Assembly (NCBI GenBank): GCA_034521595.1
Contig: JAXHMG010000003.1
Coordinates: 1,440,001-1,504,000, forward strand
Direction of reading: 5' to 3'
DNA from: Gemmatimonadota bacterium
GTDB taxonomy: Bacteria > Gemmatimonadota > Gemmatimonadetes > Longimicrobiales > Gaopeijiaceae
Length of the DNA: 64,000 bases
The notes under the pieces were generated by a model. It was not told the DNA's origin, ran no database searches, and was given only the letters and a program-made list of their open reading frames with translations. Positions 1 to 9,690 of the stretch are shown in pieces. Positions within the stretch are counted from its first letter, which is position 1. The number at the start of each line of letters is the position of its first letter. A program made the translations under genes and the position numbers.

Positions 1-908
1 CTCAGCCCCACCGGCAGGAGTGCGACCACACCCGCGGAGACGAGCAGCGTCACGGGGTGTCGTCCCCACCAGTACCCACCGAGACCGTCCGCCCAGATCG
101 ACTCCACCAACCGGAGAGACCGGCTCGCCGTATCGGGCTCGGTCATGATGGTTCCGCCGAAGTCCGCGAAATGTCCCTGGGTTTGACGTACGGCCGCGTT
201 CATCAGCTCCGCGGGGCCGGTCAGGACGAGCAAGGGCACGAGCCAGACGATCACGCCCGCCAGCCCCCAACCCACGGCTCGGAGCTGCCTGGGGTCTTTG
301 ACCAGAGCGGCCACGACGGGGGGAAGCAGGAAGGGGAGATAGGAGAGCCGGAGCCCCGCCAGCAACCCCGTGCCGAACAGGCCGATGGCCCGCCCGTGAC
401 GCCCCTCGTCCACCATCAGGTGATAGAAGGCTCCCAGCGCGAGCGCCACCCCGAGCAGGTCCGGCATGTACCGGTTGCTCATGAGCCAGACGAGGGGGTT
501 GAAGAAGACGCTCGCGGCCACGAGACCGCCCCGGAGGGAATCGAGCTCCAGCTCCAGGATCCGCAGCAGGTAGAAGACGATCCCGAAAACGGCCACGGCC
601 CCGAGGAGGGAGAACGAGGCCGCGAAGCTCCCGGTGCCCAGATAGAGCAGCTTTCCCAGGAACGCGAACACCGGGTAGCCGGGGAAGTGCGGCTGCAGGT
701 CCGGGATGCTGTACTCCCGGAGGCTCAGGGCGAAGCGCAGGCTGTCCGGATCCTCGATGGTGTAGACCGTGGTCGCGACCCTGCTGACCACGCAGAGCAG
801 AAGGAACCCCAGCGCGATCCCGGCGGCGCGGCCGCCCCACCGCGACGCGGAGGAAGAGGCCTCGAGCGGCCCCTCCCTCCACGCTACGGCCGTGGACTGG
901 AGATACAT
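1..908 (-). CDS. Polytopic membrane protein (GT-C/DUF2723-like), runs off the window edge
   Basis: Not in the ORF track. Own translation from ATG at 908: MYLQSTAVAW...IALGFLLLCVVSRVATTVYTIEDPDSLRFALSLREYSIPDLQPHFPGYPVFAFLGKLL..., with hydrophobic segments. Starts 15 bp after the upstream gene's stop. Confidence 0.7.
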   Translation of the reverse strand, partial: MYLQSTAVAWREGPLEASSSASRWGGRAAGIALGFLLLCVVSRVATTVYTIEDPDSLRFALSLREYSIPDLQPHFPGYPVFAFLGKLLYLGTGSFAASFSLLGAVAVFGIVFYLLRILELELDSLRGGLVAASVFFNPLVWLMSNRYMPDLLGVALALGAFYHLMVDEGRHGRAIGLFGTGLLAGLRLSYLPFLLPPVVAALVKDPRQLRAVGWGLAGVIVWLVPLLVLTGPAELMNAAVRQTQGHFADFGGTIMTEPDTASRSLRLVESIWADGLGGYWWGRHPVTLLVSAGVVALLPVGL

Positions 909-923
909 CCGTTGGTTCGGCGG

Positions 924-2264
924 CTACCAGGCCGCCATGTTGGCGTCCGAGAACCCGTACACGTCCTGCACGATGTCCTTCGCCGCGTTCAGATCCGCCA
1001 CCAGCTGATCGTGCGCCTCCGAGCCGGGGACCGCGTACGTCGGCGCGGTACCGAGAAGACCCGCCAAATCCTCCAGCTCGGTGTCGGAAACGAGCTTGAA
1101 CGGGTTGTACTGGAGCGCCACGACGAAGGACCGCGCTTCGGCCCAGTGCGCGTTGTAGCTGTCGTTGCTCTTGTCGGCGACCTCGTCCTCGGTCAGCTCT
1201 TCCACGTCCTCGAGGGAGTCGTTCAGATAGTGCACGACGTTGGCCGCGACCAGCTTCTCCCATCCTTCGGCCACCACCTGCCGTTCGGCGGTGACCTCTT
1301 GCGTGGTGGCCTCGTTCACGATGGCCGTGCGCCCGTTGAGGTACGCCTGGAAGATCTCGTCCGTGAAATCGACGTCGCTACCGCCGCTGTCGCGCTTCCC
1401 CGCGTAGCGGGCCCAGCCGAAGTTGTACTCGGACCGGAAGTCGATGAAACCGTCGCTGTTCGAGTCGGAGGTGAAGTCCGAGCTCTCACCGGCGAGGTCC
1501 GCGTCGCTGTACTCCTTGAAGTCACGCGCGGCGCCGAAGTACCCGAAGGATTCATCCCACTTGTGCTCCATGGAGGAGTACGGCTTGCCCTCTTCGGCCT
1601 CCGTATTGTCGGCCCCCAGGAGCACGTCGTCCGTCAGATAGACGCCGGTGCCCTGGTAGTAAACCACGGCCCCCATGAGGAGCTTCTCCACCATCTGACT
1701 CATGTGCAGACCGTCGTCGGTGGTGTAGACCGCCGGCGTGCCGAGCTTATCCGGGTCCTCGGAGTTCTCCGCGATGAGCTGGAACCAGTCGCGGATCAGC
1801 TCGTCCGCCGGGCTGCCGAACCCGATGACCGTCGCGTCGGAGATCTTCCCCGAGAGGTTCTTGTCCGTGGCGATGGCCGAGTATGCGGCCTCGAGCGCCT
1901 CCGCGCCGTCGATGCCCGTAAGCGTCTCCAGGTCGAGCTCGTCCCGGTAGTCGTAGCGGTCCAGCAAGTCCTGGACGGAGACGGGGCTGGCGTCCTCGGT
2001 CGCGAGGTTGTCGATCATGATCCTCAGGTCCTGCGTGAGCAGGTTGCGCACCGTCTGACCGGGATAGGCGACGCTAATCTCGCCGTCGACGAAGCGGCTG
2101 TCGAAGGCGTAGGCGTCCGGAACCGCGATGGGCTCGGAGCCCGGATCGTTCGGGTCGTTCGGATCGTCGGGTCCCACCGGGTTCAAGTCGTCGTCACACC
2201 CGGCGAGGCCGACGGCCGCCAAGGCGATCCCCGTCATGAAGGTCCTACGAGCGCTTCTCTGCAT
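924..2264 (-). CDS. DUF4856-like acidic lipoprotein, probably iron-uptake associated
   Basis: Lipobox LAGC; motifs SMEHKWDESFGYFG and FGWARYAGKRD; directly downstream of a TonB-dependent receptor. Confidence 0.7.
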   Translation of the reverse strand: MQRSARRTFMTGIALAAVGLAGCDDDLNPVGPDDPNDPNDPGSEPIAVPDAYAFDSRFVDGEISVAYPGQTVRNLLTQDLRIMIDNLATEDASPVSVQDLLDRYDYRDELDLETLTGIDGAEALEAAYSAIATDKNLSGKISDATVIGFGSPADELIRDWFQLIAENSEDPDKLGTPAVYTTDDGLHMSQMVEKLLMGAVVYYQGTGVYLTDDVLLGADNTEAEEGKPYSSMEHKWDESFGYFGAARDFKEYSDADLAGESSDFTSDSNSDGFIDFRSEYNFGWARYAGKRDSGGSDVDFTDEIFQAYLNGRTAIVNEATTQEVTAERQVVAEGWEKLVAANVVHYLNDSLEDVEELTEDEVADKSNDSYNAHWAEARSFVVALQYNPFKLVSDTELEDLAGLLGTAPTYAVPGSEAHDQLVADLNAAKDIVQDVYGFSDANMAAW

Positions 2265-2313
2265 TGTATCCGTCTCCTCATGTAAGATGATGTTGCTTCT
2301 GCGGCCTTAAGCC

Positions 2314-4800
2314 TCAGAACGCGATGTCCAACCCCACGTTGATCTGTCTACGGGGGCCGGGAAGGATGCCCGAGCTCAGGTTCGCCTGCGGCTGCCCGGG
2401 GTTCGAGTGGAGCCGTGAACCGATGTAGACCGCGTCGAGCAGGTTCTTGGCGGTGACCGAGAGAGTGACCCGGTCGTTCACGGCGTATCGGGCCGCGGTG
2501 TTGAAGATGTGGTAGGCGGGCACAGGACCCGTGTCGCCGCGGTTGTACGTCTCCGTAACGTTCTCGAAGTCCGTGAAGACCTCGTCCACGTACTGGACGT
2601 CCGTTCTCAAGGAGAGGCCCCACGGGAAGGTTCGGGAGAGTCCCGCCGTCACGGTGTGTCGCGGTGCGTACGTGAGCTCGTTGCCCGCGATGTCCACCTC
2701 GGCGCCCCCTGCGCGCACGGCGGAGCTGACGACACCCTTCAGGACTTCGGTGTCCAGGTAGGTGTAGCTCACGTTCAGGTCCGGCAGCACCGGGCTCAGC
2801 TCGGACGCCGCGAGGGTGGCTCCGAGCTCCGCACCCCGATTCCGGACTCGGCCCAGGTTCTTGAAGGCCGTGCCGCGGCCGGCCGCGACCAGGTTCTCGA
2901 CGGTCACGTGAAAGCCGGAAGCCTCCAGGGAGAGCCAGGGAAGGTTGGACCGGACCCCGAGCTCCGCGTTCCAGCTCTTCTCCGCGTCCAGGTCCAGCCC
3001 GCCCTCCGGCACGTCGTCGCCGAAGTTCACCACGCGGAGCGTGCCGCTGGAGGGCGGCGTGAATCCCCGGTGCACGCCCCCGAAGAGCTCATGGTCTCCC
3101 AGCCTGTAGTTGACTCCGAGCCCCGGGAGGAGCACGACGGTGGTCCGGTCCTGGTAGAGTGAGCCGCTGAGCCGATCCACCTGCTGCTGCTCGAAGAGCT
3201 CGAACCGGACGCCCGGCCGCACGGATAGGTTCCCGAAGCGGACCTGTTCCGAGGCGTGGAGCGCGAGCGCGGTCGTCTCGTAGTGGTGGCTCTGACCAAC
3301 GATGTCCACCGTCTCCGGCTCCTCCGGATCCCCGGTATAGTAGATCCCCTCGCGAGCGTCCGGAGCGTCGCCCCGCTTCTTGTCGTCGATGAACCGCTCG
3401 AAATGCACCCGGGCTCCGAAGTCGAGGGTCGCTTCCCCGCCGAAGAGCGTGTGCCCGACCTCGTAGCTCCGCTCGATGCCTCCCACGTAGAAGGTCCGCA
3501 GGATCCCGAGGTTCTGCCGGCCCCCGCCGACGCGCACCAGGTCCCCCGGCTGATAGGGAGGGACCGGCCGGATCTCGCCCTCCTGGTAGTCGGAAGCACG
3601 GACGAAGACGTCGTCTTCCCGCCACCAGCGGCGGTCGAAGAAGCTGAGGTAGAGCCGGGTGTCGTGTTGGAGGCGGGAGCTCTCCTGCTCGTTCATGATG
3701 AGGTCCAGCGACGAGCGGAAGACCCGGAAGTTGTCGTGCTCCTTGGGGTTGAACCTCGGGTTGCTGCGGAACGAGTACTCGGTGAGCCCGGTGTACGTGG
3801 CGTTGGAGTTCTCGTAGTTGACGTTCGCCTTGAGGTAGGCTACCCGGTCGTCGCTTCGCAGGAGCTGGGCCTTGAAGGTGCCGTTGGCCTGCTCGAAGGC
3901 GTTGTTCTGGCGAAAGCCGTCGCCCCGCTTGTAGAGGAGTTGAAGCTCCGGGCGAAAGGTGCGGCTACCGCCCAGCGGCAGGTCCGCCATGAGACTCGCG
4001 TAGCCGTTGTTTCCGGCGGTGAGACTCGCCACCGCCCTATCGGATCCACCGGGGCGGCTCGTCAGGTAGTTCACCACGCCGCCCATCGTCTGCGGGCCGT
4101 ATCGGATGGCGCCGCTTCCCTTGAGGACCTCGACCCGGTCGATCCGCTCCGCGGGGGGGTTGTAGTACATGTTCGGGTACATGTAGGGAGCCGGCTGGAT
4201 CGGGATCCCGTCTTCCAGGATGAGGACCCTGGAGCTCCGGCGCGGATTGAGGCCGCGAATGCCGATGCTCAGGCGGGAGTTCCCCATCCCGTCATCAGCG
4301 AATCCGTGCACGCCGGGCACGTACTGGAGGAGCTCCTGCGTCCCGATGGGTTGGAGCAGATCCACCGCAGGGGCGGAGATGTGGGTCGCCGTGCCGGGCA
4401 TTCCCTCCGATGCCGCCGAGGCGTCGGCGAGGATCCGGAGAGGGGCGAGAGAGATGGCTCTGGGCTCGAGTACGACGTCGAGGGAGGTGGCCGCGTCGGC
4501 GCGAACCACGACCGCCTCGCTCGTCCGGCCGTACCCGAGGAGCTCGAAGACGACACGCACCTCTTCGCCGGCCGGAAGATCCGCCACCACGTAACGCCCG
4601 GTCGGGTCCGTGATCGTCGACCCCAGGACGCGCCCGCCGGACTCCACGCTCACGGACGCTCCCGACACGGGCATGCCCGTGTCCGCGTCCACCGCCTGAC
4701 CGGTGATCTCGCCCCCGGATCCCGGCTGAGCTTGAGCGACGAGGCCGGCCGGAGAGATCAGGAGAAGCAGCCAGAGTCGAACGAGGTATCGCATGATCAA
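2314..4800 (-). CDS. TonB-dependent receptor, FecA-like, with N-terminal carboxypeptidase-regulatory-like domain
   Basis: Signal peptide; plug motifs IGIRGLNPRRSSRVLILEDGIP and VEVLKGSGAIRYGPQTMGGVVN; C-terminal Phe. Confidence 0.9.
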   Translation of the reverse strand: MIMRYLVRLWLLLLISPAGLVAQAQPGSGGEITGQAVDADTGMPVSGASVSVESGGRVLGSTITDPTGRYVVADLPAGEEVRVVFELLGYGRTSEAVVVRADAATSLDVVLEPRAISLAPLRILADASAASEGMPGTATHISAPAVDLLQPIGTQELLQYVPGVHGFADDGMGNSRLSIGIRGLNPRRSSRVLILEDGIPIQPAPYMYPNMYYNPPAERIDRVEVLKGSGAIRYGPQTMGGVVNYLTSRPGGSDRAVASLTAGNNGYASLMADLPLGGSRTFRPELQLLYKRGDGFRQNNAFEQANGTFKAQLLRSDDRVAYLKANVNYENSNATYTGLTEYSFRSNPRFNPKEHDNFRVFRSSLDLIMNEQESSRLQHDTRLYLSFFDRRWWREDDVFVRASDYQEGEIRPVPPYQPGDLVRVGGGRQNLGILRTFYVGGIERSYEVGHTLFGGEATLDFGARVHFERFIDDKKRGDAPDAREGIYYTGDPEEPETVDIVGQSHHYETTALALHASEQVRFGNLSVRPGVRFELFEQQQVDRLSGSLYQDRTTVVLLPGLGVNYRLGDHELFGGVHRGFTPPSSGTLRVVNFGDDVPEGGLDLDAEKSWNAELGVRSNLPWLSLEASGFHVTVENLVAAGRGTAFKNLGRVRNRGAELGATLAASELSPVLPDLNVSYTYLDTEVLKGVVSSAVRAGGAEVDIAGNELTYAPRHTVTAGLSRTFPWGLSLRTDVQYVDEVFTDFENVTETYNRGDTGPVPAYHIFNTAARYAVNDRVTLSVTAKNLLDAVYIGSRLHSNPGQPQANLSSGILPGPRRQINVGLDIAF

Positions 4801-5027
4801 AAGATCCTGGGGTTCTGGTGGCGCGAGCGGACCTCGTGCGTCCGGCTCGAATCCGCGGGGGTCGCCTCCGTTCCCGAAACCTCGAGATCGAACATCATCA
4901 CCCCGTAGCTTCCCTCGTCTTCGGGCTCACGCTCTTGCGGCGGGAGGATCGGGTCGTCCTCGCAGCCGGGGAGGACGAAAGCCGCCATCCCGATCAGGAT
5001 CAGATGGCGTGCGTGCCGGAGGGCCAT
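4797..5027 (-). CDS. Small hypothetical lipoprotein, first gene of the iron operon
   Basis: Lipobox-like VLPGC; its stop overlaps the receptor ORF start; purine-rich RBS-like AAAGGGAA upstream. Confidence 0.6.
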   Translation of the reverse strand: MALRHARHLILIGMAAFVLPGCEDDPILPPQEREPEDEGSYGVMMFDLEVSGTEATPADSSRTHEVRSRHQNPRIF

Positions 5028-5094
5028 GGGCGATTCCCTTTTCGGAGCGAATGCGTCGAGGCGCGGTGCCGCTCGCGCTGAGCAAGGTTATCCG

Positions 5095-5134
5095 GAATGA
5101 TTCTTATTAGATGAGATTGAAACCAATTCTCATC
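5095..5134. promoter_or_regulatory. Fur-box-like operator region
   Basis: AT-rich GAATGATTCTTATTA plus imperfect palindrome GATGAGATTG-AAAC-CAATTCTCATC, ~70-100 bp upstream of the receptor operon in GC-rich DNA. Confidence 0.65.
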
Positions 5135-5304
5135 TGCGGCCCAAGCTAGGCGGGGTCGCTTGGGCGGTCAAGTGAGGGGCGTGAGGGAGCGGTGCCGCTC
5201 GCTTGGGACGTAGCGCCCACGCCACTACGGCACGATCATCGAGACGGCGGGACATGAACTCGTGGTGAACGACGCATCACGGGAGCCCGCTCCCGGCCGT
5301 CACC

Positions 5305-5709
5305 TCATCCGAGGATTCGGAAATCCACTCCCACCGCCTCGTACGTCGACACCGCTCGGCCGTCACGGGTGAGGAGCACGGCCCCGGCTCGCTTGGCCGT
5401 GGCCCCGATGAGGGCGTCGTACACGCTTCCCCCGGAGATGCCGCGACCGAGGGAAGACCTCAGCAGTGAGCGGTAGTCGCTTCCGGGAAGGATCAGGAGC
5501 TCCGGCTCGAATCGGTCGCCCAGGAACGCTTCCACTACCGCGGCCGGGGCACGGTGCGGCGGAGGAAGGCGCGTAAGAACCGAGTAGCTCTCCAGGAGGA
5601 CGTGGGCCGGAAGATGCGCTTCCCCCGGCACCGCCTCCCGAGCCGACTCGTGAGCCTCGTGCCAACTCGCGAACAGCGCCACCACGACGCTGGTATCGAC
5701 AGCGATCAC
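5305..5709 (-). CDS. vapC: VapC-family PIN-domain toxin
   Basis: MIAVDTSVVV...ESYSVLTRLP...YDALIGATA...LLTRD acidic PIN motifs; 4-bp overlap with the antitoxin. Confidence 0.9.
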   Translation of the reverse strand: MIAVDTSVVVALFASWHEAHESAREAVPGEAHLPAHVLLESYSVLTRLPPPHRAPAAVVEAFLGDRFEPELLILPGSDYRSLLRSSLGRGISGGSVYDALIGATAKRAGAVLLTRDGRAVSTYEAVGVDFRILG

Positions 5710-5951
5710 CGCCGCGTACGCTCCAGGGTCTCCCGCACGATCTCGTCGGTGAGGGGAGGAAGCTCCTCGTCCGGAACCGCGGCGCTGCCACCGCTTCCCT
5801 CGACCAGGGACATCGGAGTGGCCGCGGGTTCGATCTCGATCCTGCCATCGCGCTCGCGGATGTCGAGGAGCTCGCCGCCACGTAGGCCAAGTCGCTGGCG
5901 GAGAGCTTTCGGAATGACCACCCGCCCCGCACCATCAATGGTAGATCTCAT
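5706..5951 (-). CDS. vapB: AbrB/MazE-fold antitoxin (VapB)
   Basis: MRSTIDGAGRVVIPKALRQRLGL swapped-hairpin signature, upstream of the PIN toxin. Confidence 0.9.
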   Translation of the reverse strand: MRSTIDGAGRVVIPKALRQRLGLRGGELLDIRERDGRIEIEPAATPMSLVEGSGGSAAVPDEELPPLTDEIVRETLERTRR

Positions 5952-6099
5952 GGGTTGAAAATGGTATCACGCCGCCGCGACGGCAATGTATAACGGTTCG
6001 GGAAGCGGCAGCGGCTCCAGTCTTCGGTGCACACGTGGGACGCTTGCGGCCGGCTCAGCGATGCTCGTATGCTACGAGTGATCGCTTCGGGCTCGCCAC

Positions 6100-6525
6100 T
6101 GGCCCGGACCGCTACCGGACCGACGCGGACGGCGACCCCCGCCTCCCGCTCGGCTCCCAGCTCCCGACCCGCTTCGCCATCCCGTCCCTACACCGCGCGC
6201 GTCCCGGGGTCATCGTCTTCTCCGCCCGCGGCGAGTACCGGGGCGGACACGTGCAGAGGCCGCCAACGACTACTGGTTCGACGCCGACTACTTCAAGCTG
6301 CGCAGCGTGTCCGCCACCGTCCCCGTCGGCTTCGCGTTCCCCGACCGAGTCACCGAGGCGCTCCTCACCGTCAGCCTCGCGCACGCCCTCACCTGGTACG
6401 AGGACGTGCCCTGGTGGGACGTCGAGATCCCGGGCAACGAGGGCGCCAACGACGACGGCGTCGGGACGTCCGAGCGCGTGCCGGCGCCGACGACGCTGAC
6501 GTTCAGCTTACGGGTGCGGTTCTGA
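6100..6525 (+). pseudogene. C-terminal remnant of a SusC/RagA-like TonB-dependent receptor
   Basis: VIVFSARGEYRGGH in one frame, then DADYFKLRSVSATVP...ERVPAPTTLTFSLRVRF* in another. No N-terminus or start; left edge approximate. Confidence 0.55.
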
Positions 6526-6628
6526 GGCATGCCGGACGGCCCGGTCGAGCCGGCTTCATTGACCACCGGTCGCCACGGCTTATGCTTCGAGTCTCGCCCC
6601 ATCTCTCTAGCCGCACCCCGAGCGCCCC

Positions 6629-7858
6629 GTGAGCCGACTTTCGCTATCGAAGGACCGCATCAAATTCCTCTTGCTGGAAGGCATACATCCGGCGGCCCGG
6701 GAGGCGTTGCGCGAGGCCGGCTACACCAATGTCGAGTCGCACGCGGGATCGCTGACCCCCGACGAGCTCGAGAAGGCGATCGCCGACGCCCACTTCGTGG
6801 GCATCCGCTCGCGCACGCAGCTCACGGCCGACGTGTTGGATGCGGCGGAGAAGCTCACGGCGGTCGGCTGCTTCTGTATCGGCACGAACCAGGTGGACCT
6901 CGACGCGGCGGAGCTGAAGGGTGTGCCGGTCTTCAACGCGCCGTTCTCCAACACCCGGAGCGTGGCCGAGCTGGTGCTGGCCGAGGTGGTGTTCCTCCTT
7001 CGCGGCATTCCCGCCAAGAACGCCGCCGCGCACCGCGGCGAGTGGACCAAGTCCGCGGCTCACTCCTACGAGATGCGCGGCAAGAAGCTCGGCATCGTCG
7101 GCTACGGTCACATCGGCAGCCAGCTCGGCGTGTTGGCCGAGGCGCTCGGCATGGAGGTCATCTACCACGACGTCGAGAACAAGCTACCCCTGGGCAACGC
7201 CTCGGTCCGTGACCACCTGTCGGACCTGCTGGAAGAGGCCGATGTCGTGACGCTGCACGTACCCGAGACGCCCGCGACCCGGATGATGATCGGCCCCGCG
7301 GAGCTCGCGACCATGCGCGCCGGCACCTACTTCGTCAACGCCTCCCGGGGGAGCGTGGTCGACATCGACGCCCTGGCCGAGGCGCTGGAGTCGGGCCACC
7401 TGGCCGGCGCTGCCGTGGACGTCTTTCCCGAAGAGCCGGAATCCAACAGCGATCCCCTGGTCTCGCCGCTCACGGAGTTCGACAACGTGATCCTGACGCC
7501 CCATATCGGGGGCAGCACCCAGGAAGCCCAGAAGAACATCGCGCTGGAAGTCGCCGGCAAGCTCGTCAAATACTCGGACAACGGCTCCACCACCCAAGCC
7601 GTCAACTTCCCCCAGGTGTCCCTGCCGGAGAACGAGGAGTTCAGGCGTATCCTCCACGTGCACCGCAACGTCTCCGGCGTCCTCGAGAAGATCAACCACA
7701 TCTTCTCCGAAGAAGGCATCAACGTCGCCGCCCAGTATCTACAGACCTCCCCCCGCGTGGGTTACGTGGTGATGGATGCCGAAGTCGACGACGCCTGGGG
7801 TCTGGTCGATCGGCTCAAGGGGATCGACGGCACCATCCGCACCCGACTTCTCTACTGA
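6629..7858 (+). CDS. serA: D-3-phosphoglycerate dehydrogenase (E. coli-type, ACT domain)
   Basis: SLSKDRIKFLLLEGIH, GIRSRTQ, GCFCIGTNQVDL, TPHIGGSTQEAQ; 409 aa. Confidence 0.95.
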   Translation: MSRLSLSKDRIKFLLLEGIHPAAREALREAGYTNVESHAGSLTPDELEKAIADAHFVGIRSRTQLTADVLDAAEKLTAVGCFCIGTNQVDLDAAELKGVPVFNAPFSNTRSVAELVLAEVVFLLRGIPAKNAAAHRGEWTKSAAHSYEMRGKKLGIVGYGHIGSQLGVLAEALGMEVIYHDVENKLPLGNASVRDHLSDLLEEADVVTLHVPETPATRMMIGPAELATMRAGTYFVNASRGSVVDIDALAEALESGHLAGAAVDVFPEEPESNSDPLVSPLTEFDNVILTPHIGGSTQEAQKNIALEVAGKLVKYSDNGSTTQAVNFPQVSLPENEEFRRILHVHRNVSGVLEKINHIFSEEGINVAAQYLQTSPRVGYVVMDAEVDDAWGLVDRLKGIDGTIRTRLLY

Positions 7859-7868
7859 CCACCGATCC

Positions 7869-9287
7869 ATGAGCCACCCCGACCACCAGCAGGCACTCGA
7901 CCGCATCCGCGCGACCGTCGGCCCGAAGGGCGTGGTCGACGACGACGCCCGAGAGGGCTACCTCGTCGACGAACGACAGCTCTACCGGGGTGAGGCCGTG
8001 CTCATCGTGCGTCCCGGCACCACCGATGAAGTCTCCCGAGTCATGGCGATCTGCTACGAGGCGGGTCTGGGCATCGTGCCCCAGGGCGGCAACACCGGCT
8101 ACTGCGGCGGCGCCACGCCCGACGATGCCGAGGGCCAGGTCCTCCTTTCGCTGTCCCGGATGAACGCCGTGCGCGGCATCGACCCGGTCGGCTTCACGAT
8201 GACCGCGGAGGCGGGCGTGGTGCTCGCCCATGCCCAGGAGGCGGCGGCCGAGAAAGACCTCCTGTTCCCCCTCAGCATGGCCTCGGAGGGGAGCGCCGAG
8301 ATCGGAGGCGCGCTGGCCACGAACGCGGGCGGGCTGGCGGTGCTCCGCTACGGCACCGCCCGGGAGCTGTGTTTGGGCGTGGAAGTCGTGCTGCCCGACG
8401 GCCGCGTCATCCACGGGCTTTCGGGGCTGAGGAAGGACAGCACGGGATACGACCTGAAGTCGTTGTTCTGCGGCGCCGAAGGAACCCTCGGCATCATCAC
8501 GGCGGCGACGCTCAAGCTCTTCCCGCAGCCGAACGCTCGCCAGACCGCATGGCTGGCCGTGGCCGACGCCGCCGCGGCCTGCCGGCTTCTCGGCCGGGCC
8601 CGGCGGGAGAGCGGCGACAGCGTCACCTCCTTCGAGTACGTCATTCGGCCGTCTCTGGAGCTGGCCCTCGGGTACAGTGACAGCCTCACGGATCCGTTGG
8701 ACGACCCTCACGAGCACTACGTCCTGCTCGAGCTCTCCTCCGGCCAGAGCGAGGAGCAGCTCCGCGAGGTGAGCGAGGCGATCCTGATGAGCGGCATGGA
8801 GGAAGGTGAGATCCTCGACGGCGTGATCGCCGAATCGAGTCAGCAGCGCGGCCAGCTATGGCAGCTGCGCGAGACCATTCCCGAGTCCGAGAAGCACGAG
8901 GGTGGTTCGGTGAAGCACGATATCTCGGTGCCCATCGACCGGATCCCCGAGTACCTGGCGGCCGCGTCGGACCGACTGGCCGACATCGCTCGATGCCGGT
9001 ACTCCATCTACGGTCACATCGGCGACGGCAACCTGCACTACAACCTGCTGGCGCCGGCGGGTGAGGACCCCGAAGCCTTCAAGCGCGAGCACGGTCGGGC
9101 GCTGTCGGAGTGCCTGCACGACCTCGCCGCGGAGCTCGGCGGCAGCTTCAGCGCCGAGCACGGGGTCGGAAAGCTGAAGAAGGGCGAGCTCGCCCGCTTC
9201 AAGGATCCCGAATCGCTGGCGACGATGCGCGCCATCAAAGCCGCGCTCGACCCGAAAGGGCTCATGAACCCCGGCAAGGTCCTCTGA
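7869..9287 (+). CDS. FAD-binding oxidoreductase, D-2-hydroxyglutarate dehydrogenase-like (GlcD/D2HGDH family)
   Basis: PQGGNTG, GHIGDGNLHYN and SAEHGVG motifs; ATG 10 bp after the serA stop. Confidence 0.85.
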   Translation: MSHPDHQQALDRIRATVGPKGVVDDDAREGYLVDERQLYRGEAVLIVRPGTTDEVSRVMAICYEAGLGIVPQGGNTGYCGGATPDDAEGQVLLSLSRMNAVRGIDPVGFTMTAEAGVVLAHAQEAAAEKDLLFPLSMASEGSAEIGGALATNAGGLAVLRYGTARELCLGVEVVLPDGRVIHGLSGLRKDSTGYDLKSLFCGAEGTLGIITAATLKLFPQPNARQTAWLAVADAAAACRLLGRARRESGDSVTSFEYVIRPSLELALGYSDSLTDPLDDPHEHYVLLELSSGQSEEQLREVSEAILMSGMEEGEILDGVIAESSQQRGQLWQLRETIPESEKHEGGSVKHDISVPIDRIPEYLAAASDRLADIARCRYSIYGHIGDGNLHYNLLAPAGEDPEAFKREHGRALSECLHDLAAELGGSFSAEHGVGKLKKGELARFKDPESLATMRAIKAALDPKGLMNPGKVL

Positions 9288-9300
9288 CCCCGGGGCTTCA

Positions 9301-9405
9301 TCAGGGGATCAGCTCCACCACGTCTTCATCCCCGGGCACGAGCGATGCGATCGCTTGGTCGAACGTGGCCAGCCTACCGCCCCGGTCGAGGGACAGCGCC
9401 AATAT
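9301..9405 (-). pseudogene. C-terminal fragment of a split VapC (PIN) toxin
   Basis: Own translation ILALSLDRGGRLATFDQAIASLVPGDEDVVELIP*, the typical end of mycobacterial-type VapC. Confidence 0.65.
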
Positions 9406-9409
9406 TCGA

Positions 9410-9633
9410 CGATTGATCGTATCGCGGGCGCGTCCAGGGTCGCTGTATCCCACACGACTTCGAGATCCACGGCGAATTAATCATGCACGATCTTGTGCCT
9501 GAGACCGGTCACCTTTCTCCAGGGAAGCTCCGGATGTTGGTCCGTGAGCCCGCGTCATCAAAGAGGTCGTGAGACGAGACACGCCGTGTTCTCGGCAGAT
9601 CTGTGCCAAGCGATCGGAGTCGAAGTCAACCAT
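9410..9633 (-). pseudogene. Collapsed MNT-HEPN (nucleotidyltransferase/DUF86) TA remnant
   Basis: MVDFDSDRLAQICREHGVSRL (MNT N-terminus) joined by deletion to HPELPWRKVTGLRHKIVHD*FAVDLEVVWDT (HEPN RxxxxH motif; TAA where Tyr is expected). Confidence 0.65.
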
Positions 9634-9690
9634 ACGGGAATTCTCTATCCAGAGCCCGTCAGGGCCAACCAAACCCTATCGATAGCCACG

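Noticed and set aside
2146-2172. Short GGATCGTTCG-type repeats
   Set aside because: They encode the PDDPNDPNDP linker of the lipoprotein.
57-2285. 742-aa plus-strand ORF and similar long antisense ORFs (e.g. 13668-15782, 22831-25041, 32243-34813)
   Set aside because: Shadow frames of well-supported opposite-strand genes, expected in high-GC DNA; no motifs.
5988-5994. GTTATAC (minus strand) upstream of vapB as a cassette start
   Set aside because: Fits an integron core site, but no complementary end or attC was found downstream of vapC; a 7-mer alone is insufficient.
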